The notes under the pieces: model-generated
Told to the model about the DNA's origin: nothing
Database searches by the model: none
Seen by the model: only the letters and a program-made list of their open reading frames with translations
Translations under genes and position numbers: made by a program
From: an uncultured delta proteobacterium
GTDB lineage: Bacteria > Desulfobacterota > RBG-13-43-22
DNA: 64,000 nt
Direction of reading: 5' to 3'
Assembly (NCBI GenBank): GCA_963802945.1
Contig: CAWDKY010000016.1
Span: forward strand, 128,001-192,000
Shown: piece after piece, positions 39,994-50,800 of the stretch
Position numbering within the stretch: position 1 is the stretch's first letter
How the letters are laid out: each line of letters starts with the position of its first letter

Positions 39994-40161
39994 TTAAAAC
40001 AGGGTATATATTAAAGGGGCCAAGACTGAAGATTCGATCAACAGTACCAGGAGACCCAGTAATAACAGCAAAATCATTATGGGGCCAAGCCATCATTTCT
40101 TTCTAATCTTCATAAATGTCCACATCTCGCCCAAGATATAACATTTCTTCAATTATCCCAT
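39994..40161 (-). pseudogene. DUF5989 (SxtK-like) small membrane protein pseudogene
   Basis: RBS AGAGGA, then MG*LKKCYILGEMWTFMKIRKK*WLGPIMILLLLLGLLVLLIESSVLAPLIYTLF*. Confidence 0.8.
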
Positions 40162-40199
40162 AAATCCTCTCTTTTTTACTTCGGGTAACCGAGATAATC

Positions 40200-40580
40200 A
40201 GAACTGATGTCGGTAGCGTTCCAGATCTCCGGTTACCCGCTCACTTTTGATCCAATAGGTTTGCGTTTAACGATTACTCTTTTGATTAAGCAGATTCTTC
40301 CCGATAAGTTTTAATGCTAACCCGGTAAGGGTAATAACAGGATAAAAAATAGGCTTAGGAGTATCCTAGTATTCATCCAGGTCATCAAATAAGCAAACAG
40401 CATCCAACCATATAAATCGGACGTAATATAGGATACCCCCATAAGCGGAAATGAGGAAAAAGAGGGCTTCTAAAAACGACCATGGCCAATAAAGGCGATG
40501 ATAATAAAAAAGAAACATGGTCACCATGGTCCCCAAACAGCCCAATAATAATCCGAAACCCATAACTTTTTTGGATGAAA
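40200..40580 (-). pseudogene. SxtJ-family membrane protein remnant
   Basis: Hydrophobic ORF 40366-40563 (GFGLLLG...) plus a broken ILLSLFFILL segment, lying between the carbamoyltransferase and DUF5989 remnants. Confidence 0.55.
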
Positions 40581-40591
40581 TCTCTATCCTT

Positions 40592-41092
40592 TCAATCTAG
40601 TTCATTGGTTTTCATCCAGTCCATTTCCGTTTCCAGTAATTGTTGTTCATTTTTATATGGTTAGAAAAGTAGCCCGCTCAAAAGATGATGGGTAAAAAGC
40701 AGAGGCCGCATGAGCTTCATGATGTTCTATAAAAAGAACAGGCCCTTTGTATCCTAGATGATTTTCGATTAATGAAGGAATCCAGAGATTTTCTTTTACC
40801 CATAAGGGCATGGCCTTCAAAAATGACCGAATTCCGAATGAGGCTTAGGCCAAGTAAGTTTCGAGAATGCGATCAAAATTAAGCAGGGGTTTATCGTAAA
40901 AAACAACCAAGATAAATCTGAGACTTCAATATCCTTCTGGGTGAGACAGAAAGCAATAGCCTGGCTTGGAAAGGAGGAATCGTGTTTTCTTCTGGTAAAC
41001 CGTTCTTCCTGGGCAGCGGCAACAATCTTTCTATCCTGAAATAAAGCGGCCGCCGAATCATGATAGTAACAGAAGATGCCAAGGATATTCAT
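40592..41092 (-). pseudogene. CmcH/NodU-family O-carbamoyltransferase pseudogene with large internal deletion
   Basis: MNILGI.CYYHDSAA...AQEERFTRRKHD, shifted FYDKP..FDRILETYLA*, EHHEAHAASAFYPS, then a jump to the C-terminal DWMKTNELD*. Confidence 0.88.
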
Positions 41093-41101
41093 GGACTTTC
41101 C

Positions 41102-42334
41102 TTAATTTTGATCAGCAAGTGGGAATTTTTTGCTCGGTATAAGTCTGTCTGTGCTACCTTGAACCGACTTCCTGGATAATTTGATGATCCAGGGATAAAG
41201 GGCGTCAGCAATCAACTTGTCACCAAAAGGGGTCAAATGAGCATCATGTTTCCAGAAAATTTTTTTCCGACCGGCCGAGGACAAAACAGGGCCGAGTTCT
41301 ATAAAAGGAACTTTATGATCAAGGGACCATTCTCTAATCCAGCGTTCCGGCTGATGAGGATCAATCCCCTTTTCTTTACCCTTCCAAACTTTTTCCAGTC
41401 TCACGTCGCCTATGGCCTGAGGTCCAGCCAGAGAGGCGATAACAAGATTAGCCCCAATTCTTTTCGATTCGGTTTTGATCTCACTCAGAAGAGAGGAACT
41501 CCTTTCCCAGGCCTCCTGCCATTCGGCAGAAGGGGGATATTTATAGACTCCGAGTTCGGGACTGGTGATTTTTTCCAAAGAAAAGGAGGGGTGAAATAGA
41601 GTAAAATGCTGGGTATAAAAGTCGGTCAGGCGTTCAGCAATAAACCCATTTAACCGCGATCGAGGGAAAAGATAAGCATGAGAAAAGAAAGCGATCTTTC
41701 TTGGTGCTATTTCTCTCATATAAAAAAGGGCAAATTTTTGAGCTCTATGAAAGATGGTCGGCGAATTTTCCATGACATCATTTCCGCAAAAAAATAGGAT
41801 GAGGACCATGTCTGGCCGATAAGCGGGCCCGTATTGTCGAAGCCAGTTCAGTTCTTTTTGTTGAGCCGTGTTTCCTTGTCCGAAGGCCATGACTTGATAA
41901 GAATGGCGACCCAAGGGATCTTCAGTCGTCAGGCGCTGCTCAAGCCTTTTATGAAAACTTTCCTCCAAAGGCATCTCGTTGGCAGCCACGTAAGAGTCAC
42001 CAAGAACCATGATACGAAATGTTGAGGGGTAGGGACGGGCGAAGGGATAGTCCCGATCGTGAAATCCCAACCGGTTTAAAACAACTTGATTTTCGAAATC
42101 TTCAAAAGTTCCAGGAAGGTAACCCTTGTAAACGAAATGCCCGTAAGGCATTTCTAACTGGTAGGTGCTCTTTATATCCACGGGTAAGATGACCGGTGGA
42201 TGATACCCGATTATTCTTAAAAATATCTCGGCCGCTCCCAAGGCTACCCCCAGACTGAAGGCCACTAGGATAACTGTGCCGACAAACATCCAAAAATTAT
42301 TTTTCTTTGTCTGGTTTTCATTTAAAAAAAACAC
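41102..42334 (-). CDS. SGNH/GDSL (AlgX/AlgJ-like) hydrolase/O-acyltransferase with N-terminal anchor
   Basis: NRLGFHD, VLGDSY, GNDV, HDAHLT. Start uncertain. Confidence 0.82.
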   Translation of the reverse strand: MFFLNENQTKKNNFWMFVGTVILVAFSLGVALGAAEIFLRIIGYHPPVILPVDIKSTYQLEMPYGHFVYKGYLPGTFEDFENQVVLNRLGFHDRDYPFARPYPSTFRIMVLGDSYVAANEMPLEESFHKRLEQRLTTEDPLGRHSYQVMAFGQGNTAQQKELNWLRQYGPAYRPDMVLILFFCGNDVMENSPTIFHRAQKFALFYMREIAPRKIAFFSHAYLFPRSRLNGFIAERLTDFYTQHFTLFHPSFSLEKITSPELGVYKYPPSAEWQEAWERSSSLLSEIKTESKRIGANLVIASLAGPQAIGDVRLEKVWKGKEKGIDPHQPERWIREWSLDHKVPFIELGPVLSSAGRKKIFWKHDAHLTPFGDKLIADALYPWIIKLSRKSVQGSTDRLIPSKKFPLADQN

Positions 42335-42623
42335 AGGAAATTCCTTTTATTTAAATTGATTGAAAGAAATGGAAATAAGGTTTTCCATAATCTGTTAAAT
42401 ATATTCGGACACCACAGGCGAGCAAAACGACTATCTAAGTCCGCAATCATTGTTGTCGAAACTGACTGATCAGCAACCATTTCTCGTACGCCCCTAGAAG
42501 GCTGTTGATCAGGATATTGATTCTTCATAGCCTTCGGAGAATATCCATCTCCTGGCCCGGGTAGGCCAGGACTATAAACCAGCCCAAACGCCTCCGCCCC
42601 GCCCAGTGCAAGTCTATACGTCT

Positions 42624-44021
42624 TTAGAATCCCTTGAGTGCGAGCTTCAAGGCCCTCCGGACCGGCCGCGTTATGCGGAGAACGGTTTCTCCGCTCGGCG
42701 AGTACAGTATCCAATTAGCCATCGCCTTGAACCAGGATGTCGGAAGGAAGACCCGGTACCCGAAAAGCCGGAAACACCTCTGGATGGCTTCACGGGGAAA
42801 CCCCGGCAGCGTCAACAGCGAATCCCGCCAGGACACGTAGTCGTCCGGCACCGAGTCGCCCGTCGGCAGGTATCCCTTCTCCAGACAGTAATGGTAGAGT
42901 TCGGTCCCCGGGTCGGGCTCGAACACATAGAGGGTGGCCACTTCCGGGTGGATCTCCTGGTTGAGGCGCACGGTATCCATGTGCAGGGCCTCCGTCTCCT
43001 CGGGTAGGCCCACCATGTTGAAGGTCTTCACTTGCAGCCCGACGGAGTGCGCCAAGTGGGCCACGCGGAGAATGTCCGCGTTGCTCATGTTCCGGTTCAG
43101 AATGCGCCGGCGCAGGTCTTCGTTGCCCGATTCCAACCCCATATCGAGCCGTCGCGCGCCCGCTTGCCGGAGGTCCCGGAGCATCTCCTCGTCGAGGATT
43201 TCTACGCGGCCGTTGAACAGGAACGGTTTGCCGATTTCGCGAGGATACCGTTCGCAAAACTCGCGGCGGATATCCTTCTTCATCATGAAGATGTCGTCAT
43301 CGAAGAAGATCTCGTTGAACCGGAACTCGCGCTTGAGTTCGTTGAGCTCCCCCAGGAGATGGGCGGCGGAACGGAAGCGGACGTATCGTCCGGGCTGCGC
43401 TTCGCTGATCCGCTTGTTGGCGCAATAGGTGCACTGGTAGGGGCATCCTCTTGATGACCGGACCCTGACCTGCGAAAGCCCATACGTGTCGATCGCGTGC
43501 TGGACGTCGAAAAGGTGGCGATCTTCGTAAGGCAACTCGTCGAGGTTCTCGATCAGCGGCCGCGTGGGATTGCGGACGATTGTGCCATTGCTTCGCGCCC
43601 AGAGGTTGCGGATCCCGGTGGGATTCCGGCCTTCCTTGAGAGCCGTCGCCAGTTCCAGCATCGGGTACTCGCCTTCCCCGACGCAAAGCGCGTCCAGGCG
43701 GGGTACCGACTCCAAGCACTGCGGATAGCACGTGAAGTGGGGGCCGCCAGCGATTGTGAAAATGCCCTTGGGCGTTCGCTCGATTAGAGGCTTTATGAAA
43801 CGGAACTGCGGCGCCGTGGCATGAAATCCGATCAGATCGGGTTCCAGCCGAGCCACGTCCGCCTCCCAGCCGGCCAGTTGGGCCCGGTTGGTGTAGTGAA
43901 CCACCGAGACGTTGGGAAAGCCGTTTTTCTTGAGGACGGCGGAAAGGAAGGAGAGTCCCCGTTGGTACCCCAACGGCCCGAATTTCTGGCTAAGCTCAGT
44001 GAATACTAATAGGATATTCAT
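42624..44021 (-). CDS. B12-binding radical SAM enzyme (class B methyltransferase-like)
   Basis: GGPH, VGEGE, SRGCPYQCTYC (CxxxCxxC), DDDIF, GLESGN, MVGLPEET. Markedly GC-rich. Confidence 0.9.
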   Translation of the reverse strand: MNILLVFTELSQKFGPLGYQRGLSFLSAVLKKNGFPNVSVVHYTNRAQLAGWEADVARLEPDLIGFHATAPQFRFIKPLIERTPKGIFTIAGGPHFTCYPQCLESVPRLDALCVGEGEYPMLELATALKEGRNPTGIRNLWARSNGTIVRNPTRPLIENLDELPYEDRHLFDVQHAIDTYGLSQVRVRSSRGCPYQCTYCANKRISEAQPGRYVRFRSAAHLLGELNELKREFRFNEIFFDDDIFMMKKDIRREFCERYPREIGKPFLFNGRVEILDEEMLRDLRQAGARRLDMGLESGNEDLRRRILNRNMSNADILRVAHLAHSVGLQVKTFNMVGLPEETEALHMDTVRLNQEIHPEVATLYVFEPDPGTELYHYCLEKGYLPTGDSVPDDYVSWRDSLLTLPGFPREAIQRCFRLFGYRVFLPTSWFKAMANWILYSPSGETVLRITRPVRRALKLALKGF

Positions 44022-44989
44022 GGTTTATAAAATTCCGTGAAGATATCTAATTTGATATAACTTCCTTTTTAATGGGAAGAGTATAGGGAACGAAAAAGAC
44101 ACAGTCAAGAAGAAAAATAGGGAAAAAGGCAAGGGGGCAAAGAGGGTCTTCTGGAGAAAATAGGACTTTGCAGGCTTAGACTTTACAAACAGAAGGTGAT
44201 AAGGAAAAAAGAAGAAGCAGACTTCCAAAATTTGGACAAGCTAATCCCTTTATATTTTGATCTTCCTTTATCTCAAACGGTCGAGTAATCCGCAGAAGAC
44301 CTAAAATCCTGTTCAAAGACTTCCAAGCCTATACCCTATCTGTATTTTTGTTTTTATGTTCGTCGTATTTAATATTTTTTCTTGCCCTATGGTATAAAAG
44401 GTCAACAAAAAAACAGTAAGTTAAACAAACCTTGTGACGGCAGGAGGGTGGCAATGCCGATCCATAATACAGACCTATATTATGATTTTTGTGATAGAAC
44501 GTATCCCAAAGTTGGTTTCTTAAAAATCTGGTGGAGCTTGTTGCATTTAGGAAAAAGTATTTTTTTGAAAAAAAAACCGGACAAGATCTAAGATCTTGGA
44601 TGTGGAGATGGTAAATTTCTTTTAACATTGGGTTCAAAAGGATACATTAATCTCGGAGGAATGGATGTTCGGCTTTCAAACCGGTATAAATACAAAAACC
44701 AGCAATTCAATATTGATCAGTAAAATATGTAAGAACTACCCTATAGTCCTTCTGGGTTCGATTCCTTAATATTTTTTAATTCTTTTCATCATCTCCTGGA
44801 TATAGGGCAATATGAAAAATGTGTGCTGTCTGTAATCTGTAAAAAGGGTTCTAAAAAATGATGGAACTATAGATAGCATGCATCTCCCCCCCACCCTACT
44901 GCTTTGGTTAGAGGGCGAACTTTAAAAATGCCGTTTTTGATCAAGGGGATCTTGAACTGGGTAGTTGTGATACTATCTCGACATCTTTT

Positions 44990-45601
44990 TCAGTCTGGTA
45001 CGGTGTTACCTATCGAGACACGATTACTAACGGATGACATCATCCCCATAGTTCCATGAGCAACAGAGGGTCCCCCTTGATCTGCAAAAGTATTGTTTAT
45101 AATAATAACAGCAGTGGTTTTAGGATATTTCTGCATGATCTGGACGATAGCCTGAATGTACCGAGCCCACCAGGCATAGATTTTATCTTGGTTGTCATAT
45201 AAATATTGGAGCTCGGGATCCATATTTGGAGCCCACAAAAATGCATTATTAACCGTTCGCGAAAAAGCATAATATTTAGCAAGATCTCGCCCTGGGAATC
45301 CGGCCTGTCCCATCTGGTTCGGAATCATATTTAAATCGCATATAATAAGTTGGGTCGGTCCGGCCTTACAGTAACCATCCAAGTTGGTCCAGAAGGTGGT
45401 ATTGAGTTGTTGGCCACTGAAAGGTGATTTTTCCAATATATTGTAGGTGACCTGTCCATGCGCCGGCTGGTCCGGGGGCGTTGTCCCGGAGCTGGAACCG
45501 GATTTGGTACCAGTTATATCTGCCAGCCAATCGCAACCGTTTAGAATCAATAAGAGCAGAGGAAGGAAAAGCATAAGTTGGATTATCTTTTTTTTTGTCA
45601 T
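44990..45601 (-). CDS. Hypothetical lipoprotein
   Basis: MTKKK + hydrophobic stretch + LNGC lipobox, S/G/P linker, RBS GGAG. Confidence 0.7.
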   Translation of the reverse strand: MTKKKIIQLMLFLPLLLLILNGCDWLADITGTKSGSSSGTTPPDQPAHGQVTYNILEKSPFSGQQLNTTFWTNLDGYCKAGPTQLIICDLNMIPNQMGQAGFPGRDLAKYYAFSRTVNNAFLWAPNMDPELQYLYDNQDKIYAWWARYIQAIVQIMQKYPKTTAVIIINNTFADQGGPSVAHGTMGMMSSVSNRVSIGNTVPD

Positions 45602-45861
45602 GGGTTCTCCAAAAAAGTTTTTATTATGAAAATGAATTAAAATTAATATGTGTCCCGTTAGCCGATCATTTTAAACAGGATATTTTTATGAAAATTTGCC
45701 CTGAATACACCGTTTGGGAGCGCAATGGACTTTAATTAATGTCATTTAACTCCATTTATTAAAATTAAAAGACATTAAAATATAGCCTAATATGATAGCA
45801 ATAATTCAAAAAGTCAATAAAAATATCATATTGGCAGAAATTATCTGGATTTAATATGTTG

Positions 45862-45890
45862 TTGACCTGAAGCAGGATATTGACTAAATT
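45862..45890 (+). promoter_or_regulatory. Putative sigma70 promoter of mobB-ddl
   Basis: TTGACC-17 bp-TAAATT. Confidence 0.4.
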
Positions 45891-45943
45891 ATAAAGGAAA
45901 TTGGTGTCAAAAAATTGTGGTCCTGAGAAATAAAGGAAAGCGT

Positions 45944-46618
45944 ATGCCCCTGATCATTTCCATTGTAGGTTATTCCAACAGCGGCAAAACCCGTCTATTG
46001 GAAAAAATGATTCCTATCCTGAAGGCCAAAGGTTATTCCGTAGGGGTGATTAAAAAAACCGGAGAGGAATTTTTGCTGGATCAACCGGGAAAAGATACCT
46101 ATAAATTCGGGCAAGCCGGGGCGGACGGGGTGGTCTTGTCCGGGGCCGGGCCTATCGCCTTTTTTGGCAAAATGGATGAAAGCGAGACCTCTATATTGGA
46201 TCGGATTGAACAGTCTTTTTTCTCTGAACAGGATATCGTTCTGACCGAAGGGTTTAAAAAAGAAAACAAACCCAAAATTGCGGTGTTGACCAAGGGAAAA
46301 GAAGAAAAGCTTTTTCAGGAAATCGCCGGGAGTATAGTGGCCACCGTGGGTGAAAAAGCTGTCCGGGCGGACCTTCCCCATTTTAAACCGGATGACCCCG
46401 AGGGTTTGGTCCGGATGTTGGAAGACCGCTTTCTGAAAGACCGGAAGAGGGCCCCCATCAGGGTCATCCTGGACGGGAAAAATATCCCTATGAATCATTT
46501 TGTCCAGGAGATAGTAACCAGCGGGATCATGGGGATGCTTTCCCCATTAAAAGGATTTATAGATTCCCGTAAAATTGAAGTCAAAATCCATCTCCCAGGA
46601 AAGGGGCCGTCGAAATGA
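45944..46618 (+). CDS. mobB: Molybdopterin-guanine dinucleotide biosynthesis protein B
   Basis: SIVGYSNSGKT P-loop, DQPGKDT, EGFK. Confidence 0.88.
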   Translation: MPLIISIVGYSNSGKTRLLEKMIPILKAKGYSVGVIKKTGEEFLLDQPGKDTYKFGQAGADGVVLSGAGPIAFFGKMDESETSILDRIEQSFFSEQDIVLTEGFKKENKPKIAVLTKGKEEKLFQEIAGSIVATVGEKAVRADLPHFKPDDPEGLVRMLEDRFLKDRKRAPIRVILDGKNIPMNHFVQEIVTSGIMGMLSPLKGFIDSRKIEVKIHLPGKGPSK

Positions 46619-47556
46619 AGAAACTTAACGTAGCCCTAATCACCGGAGGGTTTTCTAATGAAAGAGAGATTTCTCTTAAAAGTGGTGGTGAAGTTCAACG
46701 GGCCTTAAATCCTGACCGCTACCAAGTTTCGGTTTATGATCTAAAGGACGGGTTGTCTCCGCTGGTGGCCGATGCTCCCCGGATAGATGTGGCCTTGATC
46801 ATCCTGCACGGCCGGCTTGGGGAAGACGGCACCGTTCAGGGGCTGTTGGAATTGCTTGGCATCCCTTATCAAGGTTCCGGGGTTTTAGGTAGTGCCATTG
46901 CCATGAACAAGGGATTGACCAAGGCCTTATATCGTCTTGAAGGACTGCCTGTGGCCCGGGACCGGGTTATTCGGCAGGGGAGTCCTCTGGCCATGGAGTC
47001 CGTGGTTGAGGAACTGGGCTGGCCTATTGTGGTTAAACCCAATAGTGAGGGATCCAGTATCGGGGTACGAATGGCCAAAGATTTAAATGAACTGTGTGCG
47101 TTTATGGATAAGGCCTTCGCTTTGGATGAGGAGGTCTTACTGGAAGAATATATCAAGGGCCGGGAAATATCGGTGGGGGTGATAGGAAACCAATCCCTTC
47201 AAGCCCTGCCTGTCATTGAGATCATTCCCAACGAAGATCATGAATTTTACAATTATGAAGCCAAATACCAAGAAAAAGCGACTAAGGAAATTTGTCCGGC
47301 CGAGATGCCGGAGTCGATCACCCGTTTGGCTCAGGAATACGCCTTGAGGGCCCACAAGGCTCTTTATTTAAGGGGATACAGCCGAACCGATATGATTGTG
47401 CGGGGAGAGGATATCGTTCTGTTGGAAACCAACACCATACCAGGCATGACCAAGACCAGCCTGCTGCCCCTGGCCGCCAGGACCGCTGGCATGGATTTCA
47501 GCACCTTGCTGGATCGATTGATTGAGCTGGCCCTCGAAGATCGCCCTTTATCTTAG
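46615..47556 (+). CDS. ddl: D-alanine--D-alanine ligase
   Basis: GGFSNEREISLKSG, LHGRLGEDG, EGSSIG, YEAKY, ETNTIPG. Confidence 0.95.
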   Translation: MKKLNVALITGGFSNEREISLKSGGEVQRALNPDRYQVSVYDLKDGLSPLVADAPRIDVALIILHGRLGEDGTVQGLLELLGIPYQGSGVLGSAIAMNKGLTKALYRLEGLPVARDRVIRQGSPLAMESVVEELGWPIVVKPNSEGSSIGVRMAKDLNELCAFMDKAFALDEEVLLEEYIKGREISVGVIGNQSLQALPVIEIIPNEDHEFYNYEAKYQEKATKEICPAEMPESITRLAQEYALRAHKALYLRGYSRTDMIVRGEDIVLLETNTIPGMTKTSLLPLAARTAGMDFSTLLDRLIELALEDRPLS

Positions 47557-47604
47557 TAAATCCCAACCAAAAATAATTGAGTTTCCAGACCGGATGGAAC
47601 GGAC

Positions 47605-47761
47605 TAACAGGTTGCTGAAAAAGGCCCATCTGCTGCGTTGCCCTTACCCCTTGTCATTGCGGCGTACTTCTATGTACGCCTCATTCCTCGGGATTTCGGG
47701 ACGCCTTGTATCTGGACCTTTTTGAGCAACCTGTAAAAAAGAGTTTTTCCGCATCCTGCTA
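47605..47761. mobile_element. MITE with IS-like terminal inverted repeats
   Basis: caggttgctgaaaaagg (47608) pairs with cctttttgagcaacctg (to 47733) and with a second right end tttttccgcatcctg (to 47758). Internal ggcgtac/gtacgcc hairpin. Confidence 0.75.
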
Positions 47762-47781
47762 ATTTGATTTGATAATTATCT

Positions 47782-47790
47782 TGCTATAAT
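47782..47790 (+). promoter_or_regulatory. Extended -10 promoter element upstream of the HD-GYP gene
   Basis: TGCTATAAT (TGnTATAAT) about 100 bp upstream of ATG 47894. Confidence 0.45.
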
Positions 47791-47893
47791 AGGGACGAGT
47801 TCCTATAATTTAGGAAAGCTTTCAATATTTCCTGGCGGTTAAGGTTAATTTTCAACATTTTTATAACCTGTTGTTCCTTAGAAAGAATTAAAA

Positions 47894-50800
47894 ATGAAAG
47901 CAGAAAGAAAAACCAAAGCACAGCTCGCCAAAGAATTGGATAAACTTCAACGTCGGATCAATAAGCTGGAAGCCGGGGAGACCAAGGTTAAAAATGCCGT
48001 CTCGGCCCTAAAGGAATCTGAGAGCAGGTTCCGAAATATCTTTGAGAGCAGCAAAGATGGCATTATCTTTTTCGACGGCAAAACGAGAAAGATCATCCTG
48101 GGCAATAAGGCCATGACTAAGTTGCTGGGATGCTCCAAGAAGGAACTGGTTGGCCGATCCATCAAATCCCTGCATCCCTCCAAAGAATTGCCCGGAATAG
48201 AAAAGGAATTCCAGAAACACGTCAATGGTAACATTTCGATTTCTCCCGGGATCCCCGTGCTCCGCAAAGACGGCTCTGTCTTTTACGCCGACATCAGCTC
48301 AAGTCCGATAACCCTTGATAAGAGAACCTACTTCTCGGCCTTCTTTCGCGATACCACCGAACGCAAACAGGCGGAGATGGCCCTGATGGAATCGAGGGAA
48401 CAATATCGTTCCCTGGCATCGGCAGAAGACTCCATGTATCTTGTTGACAAAAAGTCCCGATTTCTTTTTATGAATGATTCCCACCTGTCAAGACTCGGTT
48501 TGTCATTAGATAAGGTTATAGGCAAATACTATGGTGACTTTCATTCCCTTGAAGACACCCACCGATTCAAGACGTCAGTTGAAAAGACATTTAGAACCAA
48601 TAGGTCCTGCCAAGTCGAACACTTTAGTGAAAGAGATCATAAGTATTTCCTCCGTACCTTTTCCCCGGTCAGAGATGCACAGGGAAGCATGACTGCGATA
48701 ACGGTGATTTCCAAAGATATCACCGAACGCAAGCGGGCGGAAGATGCGCTGCTGGAGAGCGAGGCGCGCTACCGTTCGCTTTTCGAGAACAGCGATGATG
48801 CTATTTTGTTGACGGCTCTCGACGGCAGTATTTTTCAAGCCAACGCCTCGGCCTGCCGTATGTTCGGACGCACCGAAGCCGAAATTATTCTGGTGGGCCG
48901 GAAGGGATTGGTTGATGAAACAGATCCGCGATTACCAGCTATATTGGAGGAGAGAAAACGGACCGGCAGAGTCAGAGGGGAACTGATGTGGAAACGGCGA
49001 GACGGCCAACTATTTCCCGGTGAAGCGACTTCTGTGGTGTTCCGAAGTAAAGACGGACTTAGAACTTGCATGATCATACACGACATCACCGAGAGGAATC
49101 AAGCGGAGGAGGCCCTTAAGGCAAAGGAAGAGGAATATCGTCTTGTTGTTGAGAATGCGGCAGAATCGATTTCTATTACCCAAGATGGAAGCCTAAAATA
49201 TGTCAATCCTGGAGGCGTTAAAATACTTGGATACCCTCCGGAGATGTTAGCCTCAAAGCCTTTTATTGAGTTTATCCATCCTGATGATCGTGAAATGGTA
49301 ATGGACCGTAATATTAAAAGAATGAGAGGTGAAGAAGTCCCCTCGGTTTATCCTTTCAGGGTTATCAGAAGGGATGGAGTGGTCAGGTGGGTTGAGGCTA
49401 AGGCAGTTGTTGTCCCATGGAAGGGGAAACCGGCTACTTTGAATTTTCTATATGACATCACTGAACGCAAGCGGGCGGAGGAGGCCTTGCGGGAGAGCGA
49501 GGCGCGTTTAAGGGCACAATATCAGGGGAGTCCTATCCCGACCTTTACCTGGCAAAAGAAGGGCGAGACGTTTGAATTGGTGGACTTCAATCCGGCGGCG
49601 CAAGTGACCACACAGGGGGAAGCCAAAAAGTATCTTGGGAAAACGGCCGCTGAAATGTATCAAGACCGACAGGAGATATTGCAGGATATTTATCGGTGCT
49701 TCATAGAAAAAAAAGTCATTAGAAAAGAATTGCAATCTCAGCATTTTCTGCCCGGCAGAACTATGATTACCACTTACGCCTTTGTCCCCCCGAATCTGGT
49801 TATGGTTCACACTGAAGACATTACCGACCGCAAGCGGGCGGAAGAGGCTCTGAAGGAAAACGAAGAGAAATACCGTAATCTCGTTGAGAGGGCCAATGAC
49901 GGGATTGGTATCGGGCAGGATGGGATTATGCAGTATGCCAATGCGAGGCTGGCCGGCATTGTAGGATATTCTATTGAAGAAATAGTCGGTAAGCCCTTCA
50001 CCGATTTTTTTATGCCCGATGAAGTCCCTAAAGTTTTGGATTACTACAAGCGGCGTATGGACGGTGAAGACTTATCAACCATCTATGAAACGGTCCTGCG
50101 ACATAAAGATGGGCGCAAAATCGATATTGAAGTCAATACCGGTATTATTATGTACAATGGAAAACCCGCCGACCTGGTCCTGTCCAGAGACATCACCGAA
50201 CGCAAGCGGGGGGAGGAGGCGCTGCTGGAGAGTGAGGAGAAATTTCGGAACATATTTGATAATTCCTCCATCGGCAAATCGATTATTTCTATAGACGGTT
50301 CTATCGAAGTCAACCAGGCCTTGAGTGAAATGCTGGGATATACGAAGGAAGAATTGTCCGGCCATAAATGGCAGGAATTTACTCATCCGGATGATGTTGA
50401 ATTGATTCAGGAACACCTTGAACAATTACTGTCCGGTGAAAAAACATCTGTCCGATTCATTAAGAGATACATCAAGAAGGATGGTTCCACCTTGTGGGGA
50501 GACGTGAATGATGTATTGCAAAAAGATAAAGACGGTAAGCCATTATATTACATTTCCGGGATTCTGGATATCACCGAGCGCAAGAGGTTAGAAGAAATTC
50601 TGGAAAAAGAACGGCAGGATCTTAAGCTCATTCTCGATACTACACCGATCATAGTTTTCTATAAAGATAAAGAAGGGAGATTTTTACGCGTTAATAAGAC
50701 ATTTGCCGAGGCGCTTAACATGCCTGAAAGCAATTTCGCAGGAAAAACAGTTTTTGACCTTTATTCCCCTAAGATTGCACAAGGCATGACCGACGATGAC

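Noticed and set aside
39962-40096. N-terminal extension of the 714-aa ORF
   Set aside because: It overlaps the DUF5989 pseudogene in another frame; a downstream ATG is more plausible
40592-41092. Saxitoxin biosynthesis suggested by sxtI/J/K-like genes
   Set aside because: The triad is widespread in glycan loci, is pseudogenised here, and no sxtA-like genes are present
42606-44009. Many overlapping 60-165 aa ORFs around the radical SAM gene
   Set aside because: Shadow ORFs expected from GC-rich coding DNA; no motifs
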